Shown here: piece by piece, positions 51,299 to 60,883 of the stretch
Position numbering within the stretch: position 1 is the first letter of the stretch
Layout: each line of letters begins with the position of its first letter
NCBI GenBank assembly: GCA_013287765.1
Contig: JABDDD010000001.1
Coordinates: 8,842-72,841 of the forward strand
Length of the DNA stretch: 64,000 nucleotides
From: Gammaproteobacteria bacterium
GTDB taxonomy: Bacteria; Pseudomonadota; Gammaproteobacteria; DSM-16500
Direction: 5' to 3'
Made by a program: the position numbers and the translations under genes
Notes under the pieces: generated by a model
What the model was told of the DNA's origin: nothing
Database searches by the model: none
Seen by the model: only the letters and a program-made list of their open reading frames with translations

Positions 51299-53899
51299 AT
51301 GGCCAATAAAAAAAATTCATCGATTTTTACTACTCAGCAAATTCGTAGTGCTTTTTTAAATTATTTTTATGAGCATCAGCATGAATGTGTGCCAGGAAGC
51401 TCACTCATTCCGCATAATGATCCGACTTTACTCTTTGTAAATGCAGGAATGGTGCAATTTAAAGATGTCTTTTTAGGTCGAGAGGAAAGATCCTATCATC
51501 GAGCCACCTCAGCTCAACCTTGTATTCGTGCTGGCGGCAAACACAATGATTTAGAACGCGTTGGATACACTGCACGGCATCACACTTTCTTTGAAATGTT
51601 AGGTAATTTTAGTTTTGGCGATTACTTTAAACGTGAAGCCATTCAATTTGCCTGGCAATTTTTGACAGAAATATTAAAGCTACCGCCGCAAAAATTATGG
51701 ATCACGGTTTTTAAAGAAGATGCTACAGCTGCTGATATTTGGCTCAATGAAATACAGATTGATCCGACTCGATTGAGTCGATTAGGTGAAGATAGTAACT
51801 TTTGGTCAATGGGACCCACCGGTCCCTGCGGCCCTTGCACAGAAATTTTTTATGATCATGGCGCACACATTCCAGGCGGCCCGCCTGGAAGCCCAGATGA
51901 AGAAGGCGATCGGTATGTTGAAATCTGGAATTTAGTCTTTATGCAATACGACCGGGCGGCAGATGGGGCATTAACACCTTTACCTAAACCCTCTGTTGAC
52001 ACGGGTATGGGACTTGAACGCATTGCGGCAGTGATGCAAGGCGTGCAAAATAATTATGATACTGATCTTTTTCAGCATTTAATAAAAAAAATAGCCGAAC
52101 TTGCGCAACTAAAAGATTTAACGCACACTTCTTTAAGGGTTATTGCCGATCATATTCGAGCGAGCGCTTTTCTAATTGCTGACAGGATTATGCCCGCCAA
52201 TGAAGGTCGCGGTTATGTCTTACGCCGAATTATGCGACGCGCCATTCGTCATGGTTATCAATTAGGTTTGAAAGAACCTTTTTTTTATAAGTTAGTACCA
52301 CCTCTTATCGAACAAATGGGGGAAGCCTATCCTGAATTAGTCACAGCAGCTGCCCATATTGAAAAAACTATTTTACAAGAAGAGCAACAATTCAGTATTA
52401 CTTTAACGCAAGGATTGAAATTATTTTCAGATATTATTAAAAATCTAAATGGCAATATCATTCCAGGTGAAATAGTTTTTAAACTTTATGATACGTATGG
52501 CTTTCCAGTTGATTTAACAGCTGATATGGCACGTGAACATAATCTAATCGTTGACTTAGAGGGCTTTGAAACAGCTATGACTGAGCAACGGGCGCGTTCA
52601 AGACTTGCCAGTCAATTTACAGCTTCTTATCAAGTGGGTGCAAATCTTGAATCTGCGACTGAGTTTGTAGGACATAAAGACTTATTAACAGATACCTCTA
52701 CTGATACAGGAAAAATTCAGGCGATTTATTTAGATGAACGAGCCGTCGATCAATTATCTGCTGGTGAACAAGCTTCGATTATTTTAGATCGCACGCCTTT
52801 TTATGCAGAATCGGGCGGACAAGTGGGTGATCAAGGTATTTTACAAACCGCTGATGCGCTCTTTCGTGTAGAAGATACGCAAAAACAAGGTCACTCCTAT
52901 GTGCATTTTGGTCAATTAGAAAAAGGCCAATTAAAACTAGGGGAAACAGTTTTTGCAATTGTTGATGCCAAAAGACGTGCGGCCACTGTATTAAATCACA
53001 CAGCCACTCACTTATTGCATTTTGTTTTGCGTCAAGTATTAGGAACACATGTTATTCAAAAAGGATCTTTAGTCGAACCTGCTCGTTTGCGTTTTGATTT
53101 TTCTCATCCGAGTGTTTTATCAGCAGATGACATTCAACGTATTGAACAACGGGTCAATGAAGAAATTCGTGCAAATCATGAAAGTATTGTGCGCATTTCC
53201 TCTCCAGAAGATGCAATTGCCAGTGGCGCCATGGCGTTATTTGAAGAAAAATATGGTAAAGAAGTCCGTGTCGTTAGGTTTGGAGAATCTATAGAATTAT
53301 GCGGTGGGACACATGCACATCACACAGGCAATGTAGGCTTATTTAAAATCACCGGCGAATCAGGGGTTGCAGCAGGTATCAGACGTATAGAAGCCGTCAC
53401 TGGAGACATCGCTTTGCAATGGCTTGAAAACCGCGAAAACCAACATCGTCTAGAAACACACAAAACTGAAGAAGCCATACGGTCATTAGAAAAAGAGTTA
53501 AGTCAGCTCAAAGAAAAATTAGCAGTCTTCAGCGCAGAGGCGCTCACTTCAAAAGTAAAAGAAATAAACGGCATAAAAGTCTTAACAGCAAAACTCGAAG
53601 GAGTTGACCCTAAATCTTTAAGAATCATGGTTGATCAACTAAAAAACAAATTAGGTAGTGGTTTAATTACGCTTGCTGTGGTCAAAGAAGGAAAAGTCAG
53701 TATAGTTGTCGGCGTGACGAAAGACCACACAAATAAAATCAAAGCAGGCGAACTTGTCAATATGCTTGCAACACAATTAGGCGGCAAAGGCGGTGGCCGA
53801 CCCGATATGGCAGAAGCGGGCGGCAATCAACCTGAAAATTTAGATCAAGCATTGGCTTTGATTGACAACTGGGTAAGGAATCTCCCACCCTCCTTCTAA
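51299..53899 (+). CDS. alaS: alanine--tRNA ligase
   Basis: FTNAGM-type motif (FVNAGMVQFKDVFLG), RAGGKHNDLE, the WSMGPTGPCGPCTEIFYD zinc site, and the HTATHLLH editing domain. The start is set at ATG 51299. Confidence 0.9.
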   Translation: MANKKNSSIFTTQQIRSAFLNYFYEHQHECVPGSSLIPHNDPTLLFVNAGMVQFKDVFLGREERSYHRATSAQPCIRAGGKHNDLERVGYTARHHTFFEMLGNFSFGDYFKREAIQFAWQFLTEILKLPPQKLWITVFKEDATAADIWLNEIQIDPTRLSRLGEDSNFWSMGPTGPCGPCTEIFYDHGAHIPGGPPGSPDEEGDRYVEIWNLVFMQYDRAADGALTPLPKPSVDTGMGLERIAAVMQGVQNNYDTDLFQHLIKKIAELAQLKDLTHTSLRVIADHIRASAFLIADRIMPANEGRGYVLRRIMRRAIRHGYQLGLKEPFFYKLVPPLIEQMGEAYPELVTAAAHIEKTILQEEQQFSITLTQGLKLFSDIIKNLNGNIIPGEIVFKLYDTYGFPVDLTADMAREHNLIVDLEGFETAMTEQRARSRLASQFTASYQVGANLESATEFVGHKDLLTDTSTDTGKIQAIYLDERAVDQLSAGEQASIILDRTPFYAESGGQVGDQGILQTADALFRVEDTQKQGHSYVHFGQLEKGQLKLGETVFAIVDAKRRAATVLNHTATHLLHFVLRQVLGTHVIQKGSLVEPARLRFDFSHPSVLSADDIQRIEQRVNEEIRANHESIVRISSPEDAIASGAMALFEEKYGKEVRVVRFGESIELCGGTHAHHTGNVGLFKITGESGVAAGIRRIEAVTGDIALQWLENRENQHRLETHKTEEAIRSLEKELSQLKEKLAVFSAEALTSKVKEINGIKVLTAKLEGVDPKSLRIMVDQLKNKLGSGLITLAVVKEGKVSIVVGVTKDHTNKIKAGELVNMLATQLGGKGGGRPDMAEAGGNQPENLDQALALIDNWVRNLPPSF

Positions 53900-53983
53900 T
53901 TAACAAATATCGACTTTTCCAAAAATATCGGGCATGATCAAAATATAATTTATTTTTAGTCTCATGAAGGAATGATCACTTCA

Positions 53984-55234
53984 ATGGCATTAATTGTACA
54001 AAAATACGGCGGCAGTTCTCTTGGCACTTTAGAACGCATTAAACATGTCGCTGACAGAGTGCATCAAGCAAGGCAAGAAGGTCATGATATTGTCGTTGTC
54101 GTATCAGCCATGCAAGGGGATACGGATCGCTTGATTCAACTGGCAACTGCGCTCACCGCCCATCCAAACCCACGTGAATACGATGCATTAGTTTCAACTG
54201 GTGAACAAGTCTCAATGTCTTTATTGGCAATGGCATTGCATAATATAGCTTGCCCTGCTCGTTCTTATTCTGGCACTCAAATTGGTATTATGACTGATCA
54301 TGCGCATACTAAGGCTCGCATTTTAGATATTAAAACGCATCTCATACAAGAAGAGCTTTCTCAAGGCTATGTCGTCGTCATTGCCGGCTTTCAAGGCATT
54401 AACCCTAGAGGAGATGTCACCACTTTAGGGCGCGGTGGTTCTGATACCACTGCTGTTGCGCTTGCTGCGGCTCTTCGCGCCAATGAATGTCAAATTTATA
54501 CGGATGTTGAAGGAGTTTATACAACCGACCCACGATTAATTCCGGAAGCATCGCTACTTTCTCATATTAGTTTCGAAGAAATGTTAGAAATGTCGAGTTT
54601 AGGTGCTAAAGTATTACAAATGCGTTCGGTCGAACTTGCCAGTCAACATAACATGCCGATTCGAGTATTATCGACTTTTACCAATCATCCTGGCACCTTA
54701 GTGACTTTTGAGGAAAAAATTATGCAACGACGTCTTGTTTCAGGTATTGCTTTTAGTCGTGAGGAAGCGATGATTGCGATCAATGGCGTACCTTACAAAG
54801 CGGGTATTGAAGCGCAAATTTTAATGAAAGTGAGTGATGCTGACATTGAAATTGACATGATTGCTCAAAATGCAGCCAATAAAGAGACAGCAGATTTCAC
54901 TTTTACCGTACAACGTAAAGATTTTGCCAAGACTTTAATTATTATTGAAGAATTAAGTCGAACCTTGAATGCGACCTCGATTCAAAGTAATGCAAACGTT
55001 GCCAAACTATCACTAGTTGGCATTGGTATGCGTTCACAAACTGGGGTTGCAAGTAAAATGTTTCAAGCATTAGGTCAAATAGGTGTTACTATTCAAATGA
55101 TTACGACATCGGAGATTAAAATTTCTGTGGTTATTGATGAGAGTTTTTTAGAATCCAGTGTTCGCGTTCTGCATGATGCTTTTGAGCTTGATAAGATAAA
55201 ATTAGAAAAGCAACCCCTCTTTATGGAAACTTAA
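53984..55234 (+). CDS. lysC: aspartate kinase
   Basis: MALIVQKYGGSSLG, VVVVSAM, GRGGSDTTAVALAAAL, and C-terminal ACT domains. The start is set at ATG 53984. Confidence 0.85.
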   Translation: MALIVQKYGGSSLGTLERIKHVADRVHQARQEGHDIVVVVSAMQGDTDRLIQLATALTAHPNPREYDALVSTGEQVSMSLLAMALHNIACPARSYSGTQIGIMTDHAHTKARILDIKTHLIQEELSQGYVVVIAGFQGINPRGDVTTLGRGGSDTTAVALAAALRANECQIYTDVEGVYTTDPRLIPEASLLSHISFEEMLEMSSLGAKVLQMRSVELASQHNMPIRVLSTFTNHPGTLVTFEEKIMQRRLVSGIAFSREEAMIAINGVPYKAGIEAQILMKVSDADIEIDMIAQNAANKETADFTFTVQRKDFAKTLIIIEELSRTLNATSIQSNANVAKLSLVGIGMRSQTGVASKMFQALGQIGVTIQMITTSEIKISVVIDESFLESSVRVLHDAFELDKIKLEKQPLFMET

Positions 55235-55410
55235 ATAAAAATTTCTTCAAAAAAATGCAAAACCTATTTGCACAAATGAATGTTATTGTTTAACATTGCT
55301 GACTTTATAAAAGACTATTAACTTAATATAAAGTTTAAGTCGAATAGATTGCATTGTAACTAATGGAAATAAAAAAGATAGTACAACAAGGTAGTATAAG
55401 GAGAAGCAAA

Positions 55411-55650
55411 ATGCTCATTTTAACGCGACGTGTGGGTGAAACATTAATTATTGGCGATGATGTCATCGTGACAGTGCTTGGTATTAAAGGTAACCAAGTC
55501 CGAATCGGTATTAATGCACCAAAAGAAGTATCTGTACACCGAGAAGAAATTTACCAACGCATTCAACAAGAAAAGAATGCGACAGGCACAACGGGGACCG
55601 GTACCATTAAAGAAGAAAAAGATAAAGACAAAGAAACGGATACAGAGTAG
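55411..55650 (+). CDS. csrA: carbon storage regulator CsrA, with a roughly 18-aa acidic/Thr-Gly C-terminal extension
   Basis: [52 protein letters not shown] is canonical CsrA, and an AAGGAGA RBS lies upstream. The alaS-(lysC)-csrA-tRNASer-tRNAArg order resembles the enterobacterial alaS-csrA-serV-argV region. Confidence 0.9.
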   Translation: MLILTRRVGETLIIGDDVIVTVLGIKGNQVRIGINAPKEVSVHREEIYQRIQQEKNATGTTGTGTIKEEKDKDKETDTE

Positions 55651-55676
55651 TTTTGTAAGTATGACAAGGAATACAA

Positions 55677-55769
55677 GGAGAGATGGCCGAGAGGCTGAAG
55701 GCGCTCCCCTGCTAAGGGAGTATGGGGCCTAAAGCTCCATCGAGGGTTCGAATCCCTCTCTCTCCGCCA
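55677..55769 (+). tRNA. tRNA-Ser (anticodon GCU)
   Basis: GGAGAGA acceptor stem pairing with TCTCTCC-G-CCA, anticodon loop CT-GCT-AA, a long variable arm, and a GGTTCGAATCC T-loop; 93 nt. Confidence 0.9.
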
Positions 55770-55844
55770 GTTAAAAAGGAGAAATAAGTTTTTACGCTTT
55801 ATTTTAGTTAAAAAAATACAATTTCTATGAAGTTTAGTCGAGTT

Positions 55845-55921
55845 GCGCCCGTAGCTCAGTTGGATAGAGTACCTGGCTACGAACTAGGGGGTCGGGAGTT
55901 CGAATCTCTCCGGGCGCGCCA
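55845..55921 (+). tRNA. tRNA-Arg (anticodon ACG)
   Basis: GCGCCCG acceptor stem, AGCTCAGTTGGATAGAGT D-arm, anticodon loop CT-ACG-AA, T-arm GGGAGTTCGAATCTCTC, and CCA; 77 nt. Confidence 0.9.
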
Positions 55922-55951
55922 CATGTTAGAAAATCTTTAAATAAAATATCT

Positions 55952-56028
55952 GCGCCCGTAGCTCAGTTGGATAGAGTATCTGGCTTCGAACCAGGTGGTC
56001 GGGAGTTCGAATCTCTCCGGGCGCGCCA
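55952..56028 (+). tRNA. tRNA-Arg (anticodon UCG)
   Basis: The body matches the preceding tRNA-Arg except at 4 positions. The anticodon loop is CT-TCG-AA; 77 nt. The island integrase gene starts 46 bp downstream. Confidence 0.85.
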
Positions 56029-56073
56029 ACTAAGTAAAATAAATCAATAACTTATAGCAAGCCAATCCAAGTT

Positions 56074-57087
56074 TTAATAAGCCACTGAAGATGAGTGTAG
56101 GGAAAACGTCACATTCACTCTAGCAGCCGCTTCTTTTAAATGATCACTACTCAAATGCGCATAACGTAGAACCATTTCAAAACTTGTCCATCCACCCAAT
56201 TGCTGAAGCTCTTGTAAAGAGGTTCCATTCTGCACGTGCCAACTCGCCCATGTATGGCGCAAATCATGCCAACGAAAGTTTTCGATATGCGCTCTCTTCA
56301 GTGCTTTTTTCCAAGCTTTAGTATTACACTCAGCTATAGGGTTATTCCCGTAGACAAAAACAAATTGCGAATGCTTTCCTTTCTGCTCTTGCAATACTTC
56401 TATTGCAACATCATTTAAGGGAACAGGAATTGCCTTTTTAGTTTTTGCCTGATCAGGATGGATTAAAGCATGCCTCTTTACTAAATCAACATCGCACCAT
56501 TGTAAATCTGTAACATTCGATTTTCTAAGCCCTGTAGCTAATGAAAATCTAGCAAGAGCTGAAATGTGCGGAGGAAGCTCCTGGATAAGACGAGCTGCCT
56601 CATCAATAGTCAACCACCTTATCCTTTTGGTATCTTCTTTACGCATACGTATTAGAGGCGCTTTTTCAATCCAACCCCACTCCCTTTCTGCCTTCCGTAA
56701 AATCGCCCTCACTATTTCTAGCATGCGATTAACACTAGCATTTTTGACTCCTTCCCTTGATTTTTTTTCTGCTATTTGATCAACAACATCACGGGTTATT
56801 TGACGCAAGGTATAACATTTTAAATGCGGATCGAGCCATTTTAAATGTAACTTATCATCCACTAAACTACGCTTATGTTGTGATTCAGCAAGCCAACGAA
56901 GGACTGCCTGCATCCATACAATTTCAGGCTTGACGTCAAGATATTGGTTTTCCCACATCTCCGCCTTTATCTTGTCATGAAATTTTTGTGCATCTAATTT
57001 GCTGCTAGTCCCAGTACTTCGTTGTATTCTTTTTCCACTGTGGTTAATATCAACCCACCAAATATTTTTTCTTTTGTACAGTGCCAT
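56074..57087 (-). CDS. int: P4-type tyrosine integrase
   Basis: MALYKRKNIWWVDINHSGKRIQRSTG arm-binding N-terminus. Catalytic residues appear in ATGLRKSN (Arg), WHDLRHTWASW (H-x-x-R) and LGGWTSFEMVLRYAHL (Tyr); 337 aa. Confidence 0.85.
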   Translation of the reverse strand: MALYKRKNIWWVDINHSGKRIQRSTGTSSKLDAQKFHDKIKAEMWENQYLDVKPEIVWMQAVLRWLAESQHKRSLVDDKLHLKWLDPHLKCYTLRQITRDVVDQIAEKKSREGVKNASVNRMLEIVRAILRKAEREWGWIEKAPLIRMRKEDTKRIRWLTIDEAARLIQELPPHISALARFSLATGLRKSNVTDLQWCDVDLVKRHALIHPDQAKTKKAIPVPLNDVAIEVLQEQKGKHSQFVFVYGNNPIAECNTKAWKKALKRAHIENFRWHDLRHTWASWHVQNGTSLQELQQLGGWTSFEMVLRYAHLSSDHLKEAAARVNVTFSLHSSSVAY

Positions 57088-57302
57088 ATTTTTCTCCTAT
57101 CATTTGCTATGACACCTTGTGACTTTTTAGCGACATTAGCATAAAGCGATCGCAAATAATCAGCAAGATCATCTTCTCGAAAACACCAACATTTTCCCGG
57201 CTTAGCTCCAGGAACTTCGCCACTAATTACTTTTCTTCGTAACCCTTCGGGAGTCATTTTTAAAAATGCGGCAGCTTCTTTAAGATCGAGTGTTTTCATC
57301 AA
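56994..57302 (-). CDS. excisionase/AlpA-like helix-turn-helix DNA-binding protein
   Basis: MKTLDLKEAAAFLKMTPEGLRRKVISGEVPGAKPGKCWCFREDDLADYL is a MerR/excisionase-type HTH. Its 3' end overlaps the integrase start by 94 nt. Confidence 0.55.
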   Translation of the reverse strand: MMKTLDLKEAAAFLKMTPEGLRRKVISGEVPGAKPGKCWCFREDDLADYLRSLYANVAKKSQGVIANDRRKIWHCTKEKIFGGLILTTVEKEYNEVLGLAAN

Positions 57303-57474
57303 AGCTTACCTGCTGATTTTTAAGTAATCGCTTTAATAATTCATCACGAAAAATTTTTATATGCTTAGGTGCTTCGATACCTATTCGAATTCCATTTACA
57401 TCATTGAGGACAATGACTTTAATGTCATTGCCAATTGAAATAGATTGGCCGACACGCCGATTAAGAATTAACAT
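57280..57474 (-). CDS. island-encoded CsrA paralog
   Basis: MLILNRRVGQSISIGNDIKVIVLNDVNGIRIGIEAPKHIKIFRDELLKR aligns along its whole length with the canonical CsrA at 55411. The start is set at ATG 57474. It overlaps the excisionase-like ORF start by 23 nt. Confidence 0.8.
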   Translation of the reverse strand: MLILNRRVGQSISIGNDIKVIVLNDVNGIRIGIEAPKHIKIFRDELLKRLLKNQQVSFDENTRS

Positions 57475-57622
57475 ACATACTTCCTTATTTTCCAATTATT
57501 TTAATGTTATTTAGTGTTTTATTCTTATTAAACAATAAGAAAATGAATGATACTATCTGTATACTATTAGTCAATACTTTTTGTATTATTCTATTTATAA
57601 TTATATGTATTAATTATTAATT

Positions 57623-58774
57623 TTAATATTTTAATTTATTAGGCATATCTTGGGATAAACCGAGAGATTGAGATAAACTTCTATTTCGTTTGAAAACACT
57701 TTGTGAAGCAAGGCCATACTTCTGATCTTGTTGATTAGGATGCGCAAAGCCAGGAACAACAACTTGATTCTGTAGATCAACAATTTTCTGTTTTAATTGT
57801 TTTGTTTCAAATTCGGCTTTCTTTTTCCCATGAATAAGAGCCTGCAATTGACTATCATATTGCTTTAGATTCCGTAAAAACTGCGTTTGCTTACATATTA
57901 ATTCTTTTGGTCGTCCTGTTATAATATTCATTAAGCTAGAAATATCTCTTTTTTGAATATAATGAAATACAGCAACTGAAAAAATAGCAAACATACTACC
58001 TATAATCCACCCCACTGGACCTGCAACAAGCATAGCGCCGCCAAAAAGTATGAGCAAGCTATTACTCATTAAAAATCCTGAGCCTGCAGACAAAACTACA
58101 TTAATCCCTGTCATAACCCGCTTCACGCCCTTTTGGACTGAAGTTTGTTTATAACATTGCACTAATTTTGTCTGTTTTTTTTTGACATCTTGGTTAAATA
58201 AATTAATTGTACTTTGAAAATAAATATAATCATTAGCACAATAACGATCTGAATGTTGATTAGACAACACAGACAGCTTAATTTTTTTTAATATTCCCAG
58301 CTGTTGTTGATATAACTGAATAATAGATTGCATTTTAAGGGTTGATATCCCGAGCATCCTTTTAAATCTTCCAACATCATAGACCATACTTAACACGCCT
58401 CCTATTACAGCACTAACTATTCCGCAAACCAGTGAAACAGGATGCAACATGCCTGGAATAAGAGTTAACAAAGTATCGCATAATGAAAAGCCGCCTGTTG
58501 CTACAATCAAAGGATTAATAAGTGAGGCTATGTAGACAAAAATCTTTTTTGTGGTAGATTCTTTTTTAATATTAGAATGTTTTTTACTTTTAACATTTGA
58601 CTGAAGCAAAGCGAGTGTCGCTTGCATAATAGCTAATTTATGGTTTTCAACCTTAAGTTTTGAATTATGATCTAATCTTGTATCATAATCCTTTTCTATT
58701 TTAAGAATACATTGAAAATATTTATTTAATGTCTGGACATTACATTTATTAAATATATTATCTTGCTTCATCAT
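57623..58774 (-). CDS. hypothetical membrane protein with two hydrophobic hairpin regions and a coiled-coil tail
   Basis: 383 aa. Hydrophobic blocks are IFVYIASLINPLIVATGGFSLCDTLLTLIPGMLHPVSLVCGIVSAVIGGVLSMV and VMTGINVVLSAGSGFLMSNSLLILFGGAMLVAGPVGWIIGSMFAIFSVAVF. No known motif. Confidence 0.45.
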   Translation of the reverse strand: MMKQDNIFNKCNVQTLNKYFQCILKIEKDYDTRLDHNSKLKVENHKLAIMQATLALLQSNVKSKKHSNIKKESTTKKIFVYIASLINPLIVATGGFSLCDTLLTLIPGMLHPVSLVCGIVSAVIGGVLSMVYDVGRFKRMLGISTLKMQSIIQLYQQQLGILKKIKLSVLSNQHSDRYCANDYIYFQSTINLFNQDVKKKQTKLVQCYKQTSVQKGVKRVMTGINVVLSAGSGFLMSNSLLILFGGAMLVAGPVGWIIGSMFAIFSVAVFHYIQKRDISSLMNIITGRPKELICKQTQFLRNLKQYDSQLQALIHGKKKAEFETKQLKQKIVDLQNQVVVPGFAHPNQQDQKYGLASQSVFKRNRSLSQSLGLSQDMPNKLKY

Positions 58775-58782
58775 ATAAAAAT

Positions 58783-59655
58783 TTATCGCCCCAAATAATT
58801 CACAGTTATTTGTTCTCGGCTATGACCAAGCTCTTCGGTTAAAGTCATACGCGCTTCATAATCAATTTGTTTTTGTAGAGATGTAAGCTGAGAGGCCTTA
58901 GACCCACCATTAATAGGTGCTTCCCAACCAGTTAATTCTTTATATCGCCTTTGAGCATAGGCATGGCGAAGACCATGAAGATTTTTAAGACCTGCACGGA
59001 GTACTTGTTTGTCATAAATAGAACGTTGCTGAATATAAGATTTTTTTATAGGGATCAGTGATAAACCTTTAGAAAGTAATATTTTTTTTGCTTGCTCTAA
59101 CCAGAAACGTTGTTCATCGGTTAAAATGGGGATATACCTGCCTCTTCCTCCTTTACACCAGGAGTCATCTAAAACTAGATATTTACCTTTATCTGCAAGC
59201 CAAGGTTTTATTTTTAAGGCTTCCTCGCGACGCAAGCCAAATACTCTTTGCAATTGCAATGAAACTTGCACATGGATATTACTGATTTTCGAAAAATCAG
59301 GATCATAGAGAGCACGATTATTCGTTGGCACATAGCGACGTCTGCCCAAATTAAGTTTTTTATTACTTGGCACAATATTTTTTTTATTAATTTGCACGCA
59401 TAAATACCGTAATACTGAAGTTCTATTTTTAATAGTAGAAGTTTTTAACTCTTTTTTTTGCCAAAATTTAATTATTGCAAGGATATGCTTTTCTTTAAGC
59501 CCTCGTATATCTCGTAAACCATATCCTTGGGTTATCAAATCATCAGCAAATTTATACAAAATATTTTTTCTATCATGCTGAGTAGCATAAGAACCATCAC
59601 GGTTATGTTTTAAAGTTTGATAAATTGAACGCTGTAAATCATGACGGATACCCAT
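58783..59655 (-). CDS. second tyrosine recombinase (integrase-domain protein)
   Basis: FGLRREEAL (Arg), KGGRGRYIP (Lys), HGLRHAYAQRRY (H-x-x-R) and GHSREQITVNYLGR (His...Tyr); 290 aa. Confidence 0.65.
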   Translation of the reverse strand: MGIRHDLQRSIYQTLKHNRDGSYATQHDRKNILYKFADDLITQGYGLRDIRGLKEKHILAIIKFWQKKELKTSTIKNRTSVLRYLCVQINKKNIVPSNKKLNLGRRRYVPTNNRALYDPDFSKISNIHVQVSLQLQRVFGLRREEALKIKPWLADKGKYLVLDDSWCKGGRGRYIPILTDEQRFWLEQAKKILLSKGLSLIPIKKSYIQQRSIYDKQVLRAGLKNLHGLRHAYAQRRYKELTGWEAPINGGSKASQLTSLQKQIDYEARMTLTEELGHSREQITVNYLGR

Positions 59656-60177
59656 TGTTACTTTTTATAAAATTTTAACCCTTAAACGGCTTGTCAAATG
59701 ATAAGTGTTAAGCGTCTCAATCTTTAGCGCCGTGCGACAAAAGATCGCAATTGATATTGCAAAGAGACGAGATATTAGGGTTTGTTAAATTTTAATAAAA
59801 ATAATTTCCTCCATATAAACAGGTTAATAATAGATATCATTTTGCTCAAAATAACTCAGGTTTAAGATTGAGAATTTCTTGCATAAAGTGAAATAAAAAA
59901 AACAGGTTAAATTAAATTGAACGATTAAAAATTCAATGTTGCGAATATAAGCATGAACCATTTTGCTAGCGATCTGAGTTTCATCATGCCATGCAGACCT
60001 TGCCTGTGGTTTGCGTCGTTAAGGCTCGACTGTATTTATAATGCTACAAAATTTATTGAAGAAATACAATGGTTTTTTAGATAAAAATTTTATTTAATTT
60101 TATAGTCATCACGACAAAAAAGTGAGGTTTATTTAGAAAATTTATTGTTTTTAATAAGAAAATTTTGCTACCATGAC

Positions 60178-60219
60178 CCGCGTCACTACAGACATCTGCG
60201 ATGTCTTCTAGTGACGCGG
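60178..60219. repeat. GC-rich imperfect hairpin in an AT-rich intergenic region
   Basis: CCGCGTCACTACAGACATC-tgc-GATGTCTTCTAGTGACGCGG forms 7-bp and 11-bp paired segments around a small internal loop. No T-run follows it. Confidence 0.6.
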
Positions 60220-60306
60220 AGCAGCTTTGCAATATAACTGATAATATTCTTCCAATAATGCTGATATCATATTAAAATATTATTATTTTAATATGGAAAT
60301 AAAAAT

Positions 60307-60855
60307 TTGAATAATTTTAATTTTTTAAGCTTTTTCCTAGGATTAGCGCCCTCGATCTTCATTATCTACCTTACTGATGTTTCTTCAAAAAAAAGAGAGT
60401 TAAAAAAACAAATTATAGATATATATAAATTAAGCTCAGAGTTATTAAATGAAATTAATTTATTTTTAAAAACGCAAAAATTTATTTGTGAACACTATGA
60501 AGAATATCGCGAAAGAGAATATGCAGGACGTGGGTTTGAACCTTTAGAAAACGCTGATTCTTTAATCAATTTAAGAAATAAAAATTTTGCCGATTTTTTC
60601 GCAGCTGAATGGCTAGATAAATTTTATTATTTTTTTGCTTTATGTACTATTTCATTCCCAAAACTAACTAATGATTTAGATGAATTGCATAAATTGATTG
60701 AAGATATTTATGTAGTAAAAGAAATATCTTCAATAGAGGATGAGCCTCAAGAATTTTACAATTATATAAATGAAAAAATTATTCAAAAATTCAATTCGTT
60801 ACATGAAAAAATACGAAAAGATATTACTTCCAAATGCATATGGAACCCTGTATAA
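60307..60855 (+). CDS. hypothetical protein with an N-terminal TM segment (TTG start, weak call)
   Basis: A 182-aa ORF in very AT-rich DNA that ends 28 bp before the first CRISPR repeat. I recognise no motifs. Confidence 0.3.
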   Translation: MNNFNFLSFFLGLAPSIFIIYLTDVSSKKRELKKQIIDIYKLSSELLNEINLFLKTQKFICEHYEEYREREYAGRGFEPLENADSLINLRNKNFADFFAAEWLDKFYYFFALCTISFPKLTNDLDELHKLIEDIYVVKEISSIEDEPQEFYNYINEKIIQKFNSLHEKIRKDITSKCIWNPV

Positions 60856-60883
60856 TTCTCAACAGTCAAATGCCCTCTATAGG

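Noticed and set aside
60030-60060. Possible tracrRNA anti-repeat: TATTTATAATGCTACAAAAT contains GCTACAA, as in the Neisseria tracrRNA, and resembles the end of repeat 3 plus the start of spacer 3.
   Set aside because: The bases upstream of GCTACAA do not complement the repeat (no TGAGAGAGGGAAC-like stretch), and no AAGG nexus or terminator follows at the expected distance. I found no convincing tracrRNA anywhere in the window.
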